This document shows positions 49,232 through 61,152 of a DNA stretch of 64,000 bases, piece after piece (position 1 is the stretch's first letter; each line of letters begins with the position of its first letter). The notes below the pieces were generated by a model that did no database searches, was not told where the DNA came from, and saw only the letters and a program-made list of their open reading frames with translations. Source of the stretch: Oikopleura dioica (taxonomy: Eukaryota > Animalia > Chordata); the NCBI GenBank assembly GCA_907165135.1, contig OU015569.1, forward strand, positions 248,001 to 312,000, given 5' to 3'. The position numbers and the translations under genes are program-made.

Positions 49232-51224
49232 CTAAGCAGCGTTGAAAGCCATTTCGCTGAGGTGACCTGTTTGAATCGCTCCCTCTGGATAGGAGCCGCC
49301 TTCCCATCGCATCTGGTACTCGAGCATGTTTCCGCCACGAATTGTCTCGATGCAATCGCGGCTGAGGATGATGCATGTGTCTGGCTTCAGCTTTTCTGAA
49401 AAAACTTGAGCAATCTGGCATCCTGGGCTCGGCAACCTGAGTCAGGCTCTGAAGGAGCCAGTAGTTCAGAGAAAATCTACATGGTTTATTTGCGAAGCCG
49501 CTTTGCGGCTTCGTGTTTAAAAGCCGCTACGCGGCTTTTCATATTAGCTCCTTCAGAGCCTGACTCAGGTTTTTACTCAGGTTGCCCAGCTGTCATCGCT
49601 TCAAGAATTACCTTTGAGAGCTGGGATCGCTTCTTTCGCCAGATCCGACAAAGTCAGGTAAAAGACTTGCCCAGTTATCATCTTACTCTGCTTGGTGTTC
49701 TTGAGAGGCGCAGTTTCTAATCGGCAGTTTCGTTTGCGGAGGGATTCTTGTATCTTCGCCTCCCAAATTTCTTGCTCGAAAAATTTGATGGTTTCTGGCG
49801 CGTCGTTTTTGAAGATTTTCGAGAGCAAGTCCTTGGTCCTGATGCTGGGCTCGACAACCTGTGCACAAACCTGAGTCAGGTTCTCTAAAGAGAGCTAAAA
49901 TGAAAATCCGCGTAGCCTGACTCAGGTTTTAAACACAGGTTGCCGAGGAGCCCGATCCTGATGCGGAGAAGAGCCGGGACGTTCGAGTTATCATCCTAGA
50001 CATAGAGTTAACTCTTCCTTGTTATCAAAAAAGCGACTTGCCTTTTGAAAATGACCTCTTCCACGATTCCGACCACGAATTTCTTCCTCGCCGACTTCAT
50101 CTCTTCTTCGTGCTTCTCCACGAGTTTCTCCACTCGGCTGGAGATCTCACCCTCGAATTTTCCTTCTCTCGCGAAATTTCTCCCAGTGAGCACGGGATCA
50201 TGGGGATCAAACTTCATCGCGGAGCCGAGCTTGAAAGCGACAGGATCTTTGGTCAGAAGACTCTCATTCTGGTAGACCAGCACATGTCTTCGTCGGTTCG
50301 ACCCTGAATTCACCAAATAACTATCTCTCTGATGCTTTGTTTTTTGCTCACCGTAGTATTGAATTTTGCCGAATGGGCCCATTTTAGTGCCGATGATTCC
50401 CACAGACACTCCAATGAGAACAACGATGTCGCCACCCTTGAGCAGGGTTCTAAATCTGAGCTGAAAATCCCGAGTCGAGTCGAGTCGACTTATTAGTCGA
50501 AAATTCGAAAAATCGATAAATTTAGTCGAAATTCGACTTAATTTGCTAGTCTTTTCGACTAAGACTCGACTCGACTTCAACTTTAGTCGAAAATCGACTA
50601 GTGGATTTAGAACCCTTCCCTTGAGCGCTGGAGCCAGCCAGGGACAAACTTCGTCTTCGATGTTCGACCAGAAGTTGATGGCGCCCTTGACGATGTCGCC
50701 GTTTGGCATTCGGTCGAAAAGCTCGACGCTAGAAAAATCAGATGAAGGGGTTGGAAATTGGACTTTGACTTACTCGACTTTGAATCCGCTTTTTTGGCTT
50801 TGTGGGTCGGACCGGTGACGTTTTGGACGACTGCGATGAGGTTGCACTGGACGCTGGTGGAGCCTCTCTCTTCGAAGGACTCTCGATTTTTTCGAAATTC
50901 AAGAAAGGAATCTTTCTTGAGCAAAAATTAATCGCGAGAAAATTCTAGAGCCCTAATCGTCGCTCCATTTGATCGCTTCGGAAAGCGTCAAAACCGGACA
51001 GGTTTCCAAGTTCCAGAACTGGCGAGCTGGCATTCTCTCCCTGCAAAAACTAACAGAACAAAACAAATGCTCACGCGCTCAGACGAGTCCAGACGAATCA
51101 GCGGCGCGAAAAGAGGAAGAGCGCCCCGGGCGAATTTCAGACTCACTTCTCGGGCGGAAATAGAAACTGCTGCTCTGTAATTGATGCTTTCCAAGATGAC
51201 AAGCGTTGGTGCTGTAATTTTCAT
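49232..51224 (-). CDS. Putative OB-fold nucleic-acid-binding protein, multi-exon
   Basis: After splicing, CNLIAVVQNV...VELFD...KGAINFW...LKGGDIVVLIGVSV follows the RPA/POT1-type OB-fold strand pattern. A second OB-like segment may be FYLTLSD...LKPDTCIILS. Some junctions are uncertain. Confidence 0.55.
49845..49955. mobile_element. Family-A MITE in coding sequence; element plus one TSD forms a predicted 119-nt GA-AG intron (49839-49957, minus strand)
   Basis: Exact TSD TCCTGATG at 49837-49844 and 49956-49963. Removal gives LLRIR-TKDLL in frame; retention hits a stop. Confidence 0.85.
50443..50617. mobile_element. hAT-like MITE in coding sequence; element plus one TSD forms a predicted 183-nt GG-AG intron (50437-50619, minus strand)
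   Basis: Exact TSD CCCTTGAG at 50435-50442 and 50618-50625; termini CAGGGTTCTAAATC...GATTTAGAACCCTT; interior rich in TCGAC/GTCGA. The translation shows a duplicated LKG. Confidence 0.85.
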
Positions 51225-51624
51225 GATTGATCCTGTAAATTGACGAGAAAATGCCTTGCCAGTGCAGTTAATAAAAATCCAACAACAACGAGTACGACGA
51301 TTTAAACTTCAACTGCATCCACTACTTCAACAACTACACAATCAACTACGACATCTCCACCAACAGCAACATCAACAACAACTACGAGCACAACAACAGC
51401 CACAAGGACGATGACGAAGATTCAGACAACTTCTTTCTTTTGCTTTTTTCAAATTGAAAATAATTGCAAGAAAACAAACAAAAACAAAGCGAGCTCTTGC
51501 TAGAAAAAGAAGCAACACTCGGATAGCGAGCAATTAAATAAATAAATGTGTATTGATAAATGAAAAAAAAGAGGATAACTGGCAGTTTAAAATAACCTTG
51601 GCAAGAGTTAATTTAAATAAATAT

Positions 51625-53802
51625 TCATTTCTTCTTGGAGAGATCTAACGGTTCTTGATTCTCAATATCTTCCTCCTCCTCCACAATAACCAATCTTTCT
51701 TCTTCCGATTCAGGGTCGCTTATCGGAAAATATACTGGCTCGTTTCCTGACGCCATCGCTTTTTCGTTCTGTTTCCTCATCATTTCATCGTTTATTTTCT
51801 TCATTTCTTCTTCTTTCTTTTCTTTTGCTTCTCGTTCCTAAAAAATTATCTATATAATGCTCCATGGAGGAGGGCAAGGTTACCTGAGAGGCGAGGTAAT
51901 GGGACTTCAAGGCCTTCATGTAAATTTGAAAGTTTTCGTTAAGCTCTGGTGGCGCCTGAGCATGAACGATTCTAAGAATATCTAGAAAAAAGACAGTTTA
52001 CGGCTCTGCAATCGTCTGGCACTCACCTCGTGGGGATGGCATTCCCTGGAGGGGACCTCCTTTAGGAACTGACAAGAGCATCTTATTCCCGTCCACGAGT
52101 CCTTTCAGATTCCGAACCGACGTTTCCGCGTAAAGATAGCCACACTGCTTCTTGTCCGCAATGTTTGGCGCTTGGTAAGGGTCCTTGCACTGAATTTCTG
52201 GCTGAAATTAACGCTCGACAAAAGAAAATTGGTGCCAATCTTACAATGATCTTGAAGGGTCGATCGACTCCAGGAGGAATTATCGCTCCGTTTGGAGCCT
52301 GCTTTGCTGGAGAGATTAGTGGGTGCGGTATGAAGCGATTTTTGCTTTTCGGATCTGTGCTTGGACTTTTGAGAGGTAGATTCATCTTTTGAGAATAATC
52401 CGGACGTGGTGCATGTCGAAATCCAGGAGGAAGATTATCCAGGCGAGGGCCGACAATTGGGACTCCCAATTTGCTTTTGGGCTACAAAAATGATCAATGA
52501 AAAGAGAAACATCAGACTTTTAAAATACCACTTCCTCTGGCTGCGTAGGTCGTTGTTGCATGGGCTGGCGGTGGGCGCTCTGGCAATTCTGGCAGTTTTT
52601 AATAGAGCAGCGTTGAGCTTGGGCAGACGCACGTTGGACTGCTTGGCGTTGAAGATGTTGACCTAGGAGGCTTGGTCGCAGGACGAAAGCGCGTTGCATG
52701 GGCTGGTTGGCTTGCTGGTGTTGATTATTTGGGCCCTGGACAGGCGATCTTTGGGTAGCTGGATGCTTCATATTTTGATTTTGAAGGGGCGGTCCCACGA
52801 CAGGGGCGCGTTGCATTGGCTGGGGAACGGGTCGGTTATGATTATTTGGGCTCTGGAAAGGGGGCCTTTGCGTAAGTTGGTACTTAGGATTTTGACCTTG
52901 GAGAGGTGAGTGCATAACAGGAGCGCGCTGCATTGGCTGGGTAAAGGTTGGGTGAATATTTGGACCCTGAAGAGGCGGTTTTTGGGTAGGTGGGTGCTTT
53001 ATATTGTGATTTTGAAGGGGTTGACGCACGACAGAAGTGCGTTGCATGGGCTGGATAACGGTTGGGTGTTGAATATTTGGGCTCTGAAAAGGGAGTCTTT
53101 GGGTGGGTGCGAGATTCATATTTTGATCTCTGAGGGTTGCTCGCACGAGAGGAGTGCGTTGCAAGGGCTGGGGGACGGTTGGGGAATACTTTTGCTCTGG
53201 AAAGGGGTTCTTGGGGTCGTTGGGCCCTGATAACGGATTCTTTGAGTGGTTGAGCCTGTAAGAAGAGGTCTTTGGGCCGGTGGGCCCTGAAAAAGGGGTG
53301 GTTGGGTTGGTGGGCGCTTCAATGTCTGGCGCTGGAATTGTTGTTCTTGTAGACGTGGTACTTGGGAAACGTTGACAACCGGCTGACTCAGACGCTGAAT
53401 AGGCAGTGGCTGCATATGCGAAGGGTGAATGGGTCGACCTTGAACATTTTGGCTAGGTGAATGCTGGATGGATTGCTGTGGTATCTCAAGGATACTTCGA
53501 AGGAGAGGTTGTCCAGTTGTAGGCCTGGGTTGATGAACAGGGCGCGGCAAAGGCGAGTCTTTTGCCGGCGGAGCTATGTGTCGGAATTGGTAATGTCCTC
53601 CTTGCCGCGGTTGGGGGTAGGCCATCCGTTGGTAAGGATGGTTTCGGATGACATTGACACGTTGAGCTTGAGGTCGTGCTTCGGCGGCTTTGGATCGCTG
53701 ATGTTTAGCAGAAGGACGAAGAGCTCTTCGCTTCGGCTGATGCAGAGTTTCACTTTGATCAAATGCGTTTATCTCTATGTCCTCCTCGCTTTCAAAATCC
53801 AT
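51625..53802 (-). CDS. Uncharacterised Gln/Pro-rich repeat protein ending in PLDLSKKK; apparent frameshift near 53180
   Basis: ATG at 53802, approx. 39-aa repeats (QPMQR-PV---PLQ-QN), four short GT-AG introns joining in phase downstream, stop at 51625. Confidence 0.65.
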
Positions 53803-54540
53803 CGCAATAAAAATGAAACCGTAACTGATATTGGGGCACAGCTTTCTGCTTATCCAAATCGAAAATTGACTCTGCGTCATCTTCTATCGGCACTAACATG
53901 CTATTGATCATCTCTTGGAGAGGAGAGTATGCTCTTTTCTGCCTTGAGGTTCCTGACACATCCCTGCTCATTCTTAAAAAATAGAAGAATGAGTTTATTG
54001 AAGACTGTCTGGTATGTTTGAACAATTCCGTATGAAAAAAAAATGTCCTTTTTTGGAAGAACTGAGCGAGGAAAAAATCTCAAGAAATAAATTGAATTCT
54101 GAAGAAGGAAGAATTTCTCCTGCTTGTAATTCTAAAAATGCTGCTGAAAAAAAAATGTGGAAAAATGAACCTTTTTCCAGAGTCACTATCTGAAAAAACT
54201 CTGCTTTTAGGACAACTATTTCCTGTGTTCTGTAGTTTGGACTCCTTTTATGTATCCTGTGTTGTGCTTCTAGTAGTTGAAAGAAAAGAGAATCGATTTC
54301 AAGCAAATAATATATTCGGACTACAATTGCTAGTTGCAACGGCTTAAAATAAGAAGGTAACAGAGGGCAATGGTGCAAAGCAGTCAACAGGAAATATTCG
54401 TGAACAAGACAGGCAAGATGAAAGAAGAATGATAGTCTGAATACTACTCGAGTTAGAAACGATTATCCACAAATGCAGTTACTCACCGACATGAAATTGC
54501 TGGAGAAGAAAGCGAGAAAAAGAGAGAAGGGGGGATTCAA

Positions 54541-55194
54541 TCAGGGTTCGTTGTCGAATTGAGTGTAGTTGTTGCCAGAAGCGGCGTTCATCATCGCCTC
54601 GCGGTCGCCTTTCTTCCCAAGCGCCATCATTCCGTAGAGAGTGCCGCACGCGAACGGGATCGCCAGCGAACCCACCGCCGTCAGAATCGAGTTCCAGCCC
54701 AGACCGATCGCGATCACCGACAATCTAGGCAAAGCAGAAAGCGTCAAAAAGGCGAGGAAAAGAGCAGTTGTACGCACCCACAATAAGTAGCGCCCCTGTG
54801 CCAGTTTTTGATGCTGTCGATTCTTTGAATTAGAGGCTGGGCGAATGACACACCGCTGCAGATTATCGTCGCTTCCAGAACACACATGATGAAGGCGAGG
54901 AGCAGCATCACACAGCCAGCCACGATCGAAGTTATGTGAAGGAAACCGGTTAAAATCATGAAAACGCCGCCGATTCCAGCAGAGATGGCGCCTAAAAGTG
55001 CGATAAGTGAAAGAGTGAAAACTACAAGATTTTTCTCGATAACGAAATCCTCCATCCAGCCAGCTGATTGGACAAGCTTAGATGGAACAATTCTTCACTG
55101 TTGAAAGAGTATCAGTACCTAATGTGCCAACTCCTCTGGTTAACCATCGGAGCCACCAGACGGTTTGCTCCTCTTCTGTGCTATTATCCGCCAT
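54541..55194 (-). CDS. CACFD1: Calcium channel Flower homologue
   Basis: VWWLRWLTRGVGTLG|AISAG, WHRGATYCG, GTLYGMMALGKKGD. Three exons in phase. Confidence 0.9.
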
Positions 55195-55510
55195 TTTCTA
55201 AAGCAAAATATTCTCTCTTGAACGAATGTTGTAAACAGTATTGAAGATAAGTGAGTGTATCGTAAAAGAAAGGACAGAGATAGTTTTCCCTACTAGAGAT
55301 ACAGAAGTACAGCGTAGAAAGGAAATACTGATTAGCGCCTTTTTTGATTGCGAAAAAGAATAAAATAATAATTAAATTATTAATTAAATCACTTTTGTGA
55401 AAGAAGTTTGGCTCTGTTTGTCCGTTGACAGCAATAAATAGAATCACGGCGAGGAGGAATAAAATCACGGAATCGAAATCATAAATTAACATTTTCACGA
55501 AGAATCATCG

Positions 55511-56767
55511 CTAGAAAGAGTTTTGAATTTTGATGAGCTCTTCGTGCACCGGTCGGTCGGAGTTAAAGACGATTGGGAGGGCCAGGCCGGCTTTTACCGC
55601 CGCTTTCGCCTCCTCGTGGTTGCCTCGCTTCGTCAGCAGCTTGTAGCGATAGAGTTGGACTTCTTTGTCGTGCCCCGAGCCGCCCAGGGAAGTGTTGAAG
55701 TGGCGCAGAGCGTCGTCTTCGGAGGAGGGCGGCATTCCCATCCTAGAGGCGACTCCCCGCAGCGCCCAGGGAAGATTCGAAGCTTCAAAATGCCATCGGG
55801 CCAGAATGTAGTGCGCCTTCAAATCGCCTGGGTCGCAGTTCAGCGCTTCGCTCAGAGAATCTTTTATTACTTTTCCCTTTTCGGCCTTCTCCGTCACGCC
55901 CAAGAACTCCATACAACAGCCAAGAGCAGCAGCTGAATCTTTCGTCTTTAAAAGTTTTCAACATTGGACTTGCCTTTGTATCTGTGGCCGACGGAAGCGT
56001 TAGGAGTCCGTTGAATAATCTCTTCTGCCCATTCTAGCGCCTGGTGTGCGTATTTCTTTCGTTTCTCGTAGTTTTCACCAAGTGGCCCGTTTTTCCTGTG
56101 CTGCCCATACAAGGAACACTGCGACCTCGTCTTTCTTATCAGCTAAAAAGTATTTATTTGAGACTCACATAAAAAAGGCGTTGTATCTTACCAGTTGTGT
56201 ATCTCTAGCATGGTCTCTGTCCTTAATCATCTCCCAGGCTTCGGCGATGCCCGCGTCCGACTTGTAGTGCTTCTCGTCGACTTCTTTGAGAAACTCGTCG
56301 ACAGCTGCGTCTTCCGGATTGATCGGATGCTCAATAACTGTCTGCGCGTCGTCTAAAGACTCCAAGGAAGCCTCGCTCTTGATACTGAACCAATCATCCT
56401 TGCTAGAAGCTAGAAAACGACGTGATTAATGCGAGTAGGAAGAAAAGAGTGAACAAACCATTTGAAAGGGATCTCGAGCGTCTTGGAGCGATAGCATTTG
56501 CGCCACTCAAGTTGTCGATTGAGCGAGATAGGTCCTTAGTCTCGGTTACAAACAAAGAGATTTGAATATGGCGAATTTCTACAACGCTCATTTGGGCTCA
56601 TTGAATCCACTGCTGATTCATGTTTTTTGTAACCAAAGTTCCTCAATGCTCTGTCGCAGGTTGCGAATCTCGCAGTACAACACGCCCGCCGAGAGAATCA
56701 ACACCCAGTTATCCTGCAGCACTTGGATGAACCCCGAAGCCGCATTTTTGAATCCGACCTGATTCAT
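55511..56767 (-). CDS. RMDN: Regulator of microtubule dynamics-like protein (N-terminal TM/coiled coil plus TPR-like region)
   Basis: AHYILARWHFEASNLPWALRGVAS, EDDALRHF and KEVQLYRYK resemble the RMDN C-terminal repeats. N-terminal WVLILSAGVLY. Confidence 0.72.
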
Positions 56768-57228
56768 CTTTCAACTGCTCTCTTTTATGCCTTTCTTAAC
56801 ACAAAAAAAAACTTGCACTTCTTGTCTTGACGAGCTTTTTTATTGTTTTTTTTTCGATTTACAAATTTGAAAATTTAAAATTGAACGAGTTTTTTATTTT
56901 ATTTTGCAATTTTGGAAAGTGTAATGCTTGATATTAAGTCGTTGTTGTTTTCAATCGAGTCTTCTACTTTGTTGTTACATGTGTGTCTACTTTGAATAAG
57001 CTTGGCATTTGATGGTGGAAAGTGATGGTGGTTGAATCATTGCTCAACTGAAGAAAGCACAGGTTTAGAATTGCGAGTTTTTGATAAGAACGCGGTGATA
57101 AGTTTTTTTTTTCAAGGCCGGCTGCGGTGGTCGTCAAGGAACTGCGTTTGCACGATAGAATGAGATACATCTGGTACGGAAGACAGAAAATAAAGTATAC
57201 AAAGTGAGAAAAAGGGACGCGATGCTCT

Positions 57229-58472
57229 TTAGAATTCGTCGTGGCGGACGATCGCGTCGCCCCAGTCTAAAAGTCGAGAATTAGACTTGTTATTGGGAAA
57301 ATGATCTTACCGGTCGCTTGGCTTCCGACAAAGACGTCCTGGTGGTCGAGGATTTCGTCCTTGGAGAGAGCGCCGCTCTTGTCCGAATCAGCAGACTCGA
57401 TCAAGTGGCGTGCCTCGCCCTCGGCGTGATCGTACTCGGACGGGAGGATCCAGTCGCGCACCTCGTCGTCTTCCAGGAATCCCGAGTTGTCTTTGTCGCG
57501 GAACATTTGGAACTGCTTGCGCTCTTCTTCCACCCACTCGGGTTCCTCTCCGTCTTCTTCTTCGATCCACATGTCTAGAACTCATGTTGAGAATCATTTC
57601 AGCTTGGTCCAGAATGATAAAAATCAAAATGGTCAACAATTAAAGGGGAAACTTACCGCCGATGTACTCGTTGAGACTGATCTTTCCGTCGCCATCCTTG
57701 TCGATGTCTTCTATCGTCTCTAGAATGACGAGTTCTTTCATGTGATCGTACTCTTCTGGGTGGAGGAAGGCGGTCAAGTCTTCCTTCGTCAAGTAGCCCT
57801 TTTTCTCCTGATCGGAAGCTTTCCACCTTCTTTCGTCTCGCTCAAGCATCGCTTTGTACGAGAAACCATCTTCTTCCTCCCTAAAAAGAACTCAATCCAA
57901 TCATCCCTACAATCAAGACTTACTCATTCATCTGTTCGTCCGTCAGGAATCCATAGGTATGTTTGCTGTACTCGTCCCACGTGATTCGCCCGTCCTTGTC
58001 GGTGTCGTTTTCTTCCCACTGTCGCTCAGTGTCGTCGTAAATGTACTTAGTCTGCACGTAATGGATCCAAACAGTGAGCTCTTCTTCCGTCACTTCTCCG
58101 TCTTTGTCGCGGTCCATTTTTTCAATGAGGAGCATCAACTTGTCGCGCGCTTCCTCGTGCGTCAGATCGTCAAAAGTCTTGAATTCGTCTTGCCATAATG
58201 CTAGAGAGGAGAATGTTAAGAAAATCAGTCCAGGGGATGTTTCCTGAAAAACACAATTTATACCTGCTGGATCGTAATCAGGGTCGTCTCGGTCCATGTC
58301 CGCGACCAGTGGCCGCTCGTTTATTTCCTGCAGCTTTTCTTTTTTCTCCTAAAAAGATGAGAGTACTTTTCTGAAAGGATGAATTGGATCATACGTCTAA
58401 CTTAGATTTCTGAGGCTCGGCGATTCTGCCCGCATTGACGGAGAGGACGATCGAGAGAGCCGACAACTTCAT
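57229..58472 (-). CDS. CALU: CREC-family EF-hand protein (calumenin/reticulocalbin)
   Basis: Signal peptide, multiple EF hands ([39 protein letters not shown]), [20 protein letters not shown] and C-terminal HDEF. Confidence 0.9.
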
Positions 58473-58981
58473 CTTCTTCTGCTTGGTTTTTTTGTCGACT
58501 TTTGGCCGTTTTGGGTGCGTCCCGCTCTCTCTAAATGATTTGTGTGAATGAAAGGGCTCAGGGCGCGTCAAGGGGAATAAGGTCGGTTTAGGCCACGTCG
58601 CCCACGCCGGAGGACGCCTTTTTTGTTTGTTAAGTTAGCCCGCCGGCCTCGCCTCGTAAATAGAATAAAGGAAACAAACAAACAACAAGAGGCTTTGAAC
58701 GATTTATCATCGTTGCGTCTTTACGACGAAGCCTGTGAAATTTTTTATTATAACTCGCATTTTGGAAAATTGTCAAAGCTCAAAGTCCAGAAATAAGTTA
58801 CTCTTCCATGATTGCAAAGTCAGTAAATAGTCGGCATTCAAGTGATATTTTAGTGATATTTTATTGAGTGGTTGTGAAAATATTGTTTTTACGGGCAGAA
58901 TGGTGTAGCGAAAATGTGGAATGGTGAAAGTTAAGCAAACATGTGAAAGAAAGGAAAAAGAAAAGGCGGGACCATTGTCCC

Positions 58982-60839
58982 TTAGAAATATTCATCAGTT
59001 TCGTCCTCGTCCGGGCCTGCTTCCTCGACGGGAAGAAGAGCGCTCATCTCGACTCGGTCTTTTTTCGAAAGTCCGCGGCGCTTTTTGCCCTTTTTGACGT
59101 CAAACAGGTCTTCTTCCAGACCTTTTCTCTCCTGAAATTTAGATTTGAAGATGTGTTTTCTGTTGAAGGAAAAGCTTACCATTTCTTTTCTGATGAATTC
59201 TGCATTTCGAACTCGATCTGCTGCTTGTTTTTTGGAAATGTTTGCGGTAGGAGTTCTCGTGAACTTTTTCGATGTGTTCAAGTCCACGTCGCCTGGTGTT
59301 TGGAATCTGAAGCCTGAATTTGGTGATAGTAATTGGTAAATTCTTGAAGAACGAGAAACCTGAAGGAGAGCCAGCTGATGAGCTCGCACCGGGCGTCGCA
59401 AAAGCGCCCATCGCTGGAGTCTGAAAGCCTCGATTTGGATTACCGCGGTTCGCAGCAGGCGTCGAAAATGGGTCATGGTTTTCTTTGCCGCCGACTTGAG
59501 GACTGCCAAAGCGCTCGTCAGACTCACACTCTGGTACAAAGTCCTTTGGCTTTCGCACGGGCGTGATCACCTGCTTTTCAACCTTGTTTAACTCGTTAAG
59601 TCGCTGAAGACGCTCTCGTTTTTCTTTTTGGGTTGGCGCCTTAGCTTTCGCTTTTTTCTTTTCGTTAGTTTTGAAGGTCGGCGTTGGCAGACCTTCCAGC
59701 CGTAGTGCTGCCGTCATTTGCCCAGCAGGACGATCAGGCGAAAGCAAAGGATCCGTCGATTCTTTCTCCTTTTCCTTCGCAGTCTTTTTCGGCGTCTTTT
59801 TACTTCCAACATCTTTTTTTCTCGCATTCTTCTTCGCCGGCGCGCTCTTTGATCTCGGTTTTCTGGCCTTCTTCGCTGGCGACGGTGCATTCTCTCTCCC
59901 CTCCTTTTCAGCTGCGATCTTCTCCTCATTACTCGAGTTTTTCCGAGTGCGTTTTTTCGCCCCTGCACTTTTGGCTCTGCTAGAACTCTTCGGTTTCGGA
60001 GCAGCCACAACTTTCTTCACGGAAGTTTTCCTCCCACGCGTTTTCTTGGGCACAGGAGTCGTCTCAGTGTTCTCCTTTTCCTCTTCTTTAGCGTCAGCTT
60101 CAGGCGAATCATTTTCTAGCCAAGGGTTTCCCTTATCTTTCTCTTTTCGATAAATGCTAAATCTATTTTGCTTCTTATTGGTTCAATATTTTCAAAATTC
60201 AAGAGGGAACCCCGACCTGCCGATTTACTTTTTGTAGTGGGCTTCTTTTTCTTCTTTTCGACACTTTTGACCGCGCTCGTCTTTTTCGGGGCAGCTTTTT
60301 TGACGGGAACTTTCTTAGCGACTCGCTTCCTCGGCTTGGGAATGTTCACCAGAGGAGATCTTCCATCATGGCTGTCCATTTTCTGCAACGCTCTGATCTT
60401 CTCCAACTTGTGCGCTCGTTCTCGCTCGATTGCAGACAAGCCGATTCGTCTTGTGTCGAGTTCTTCTCGTTGCTGACGACGGCCGGTTTCTCTTTTCGGC
60501 GTGTGGCGAGTGACGCGGCGTTCTTGCAGACCAACGATGATGGCGACCCACTCTTTCGGAAATCCCTCTTTTATGAATCGCCGTCGAATATCGTCCGGGA
60601 CCAGCCAGTCTTCAGCGTTCTTGCTTGGATCCCCCAGCGTATACTAAAGTCTTCCATGATTTCAGAAGAACGATAAAAGCTCTCACCTCTGTATTTCCAG
60701 TCCTGATGATATGACTTCCATGTGCAGATTCAACTGGCGTCGTCTCGATTTCGTACTCGCCCTGGATTCCTCTTAGTTGAATCCATTCGTTTGTCCTGTC
60801 CCAAATTAAGGACCAGTTATCAAGCTCGACCGATTCCAT
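58982..60839 (-). CDS. SANTA-domain protein, probable M18BP1/KNL2 homologue
   Basis: N-terminal LDNWSLIW...IQLRG...IIRTGNTE|YTLG...RRRFIKEGFPKEWVAII fits the SANTA pattern. A K/R-rich middle follows; KENHDPFSTP and the terminal DEDETDEYF echo vertebrate M18BP1 as I recall it. Confidence 0.65.
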
Positions 60840-61152
60840 TACTGAAAATTTCGGCTTAACTCTCTCTGCAAAAACAGAATCAAAGTGGCATGTCGCTGTC
60901 CGTTTAGACTAACTGAATGCGATGCGAAAGCAGCGGTAGCACCCTGCCAATCTTATCAGATCTAATATGTCGTTAGTAACGGCTCTCGCTCAACTCTATC
61001 ATCACAAAGTTCATTTGATCATAATTCAAAAAAATCGAAAATGATTGAACAATGATGATTCTGTTTATTTCCATTATTTTCATCAATGAAATTAAATATA
61101 ATTAGCACAAGAAGGAATGAAATATAGAAACGAAGGATTTCACAAAAGAAAA

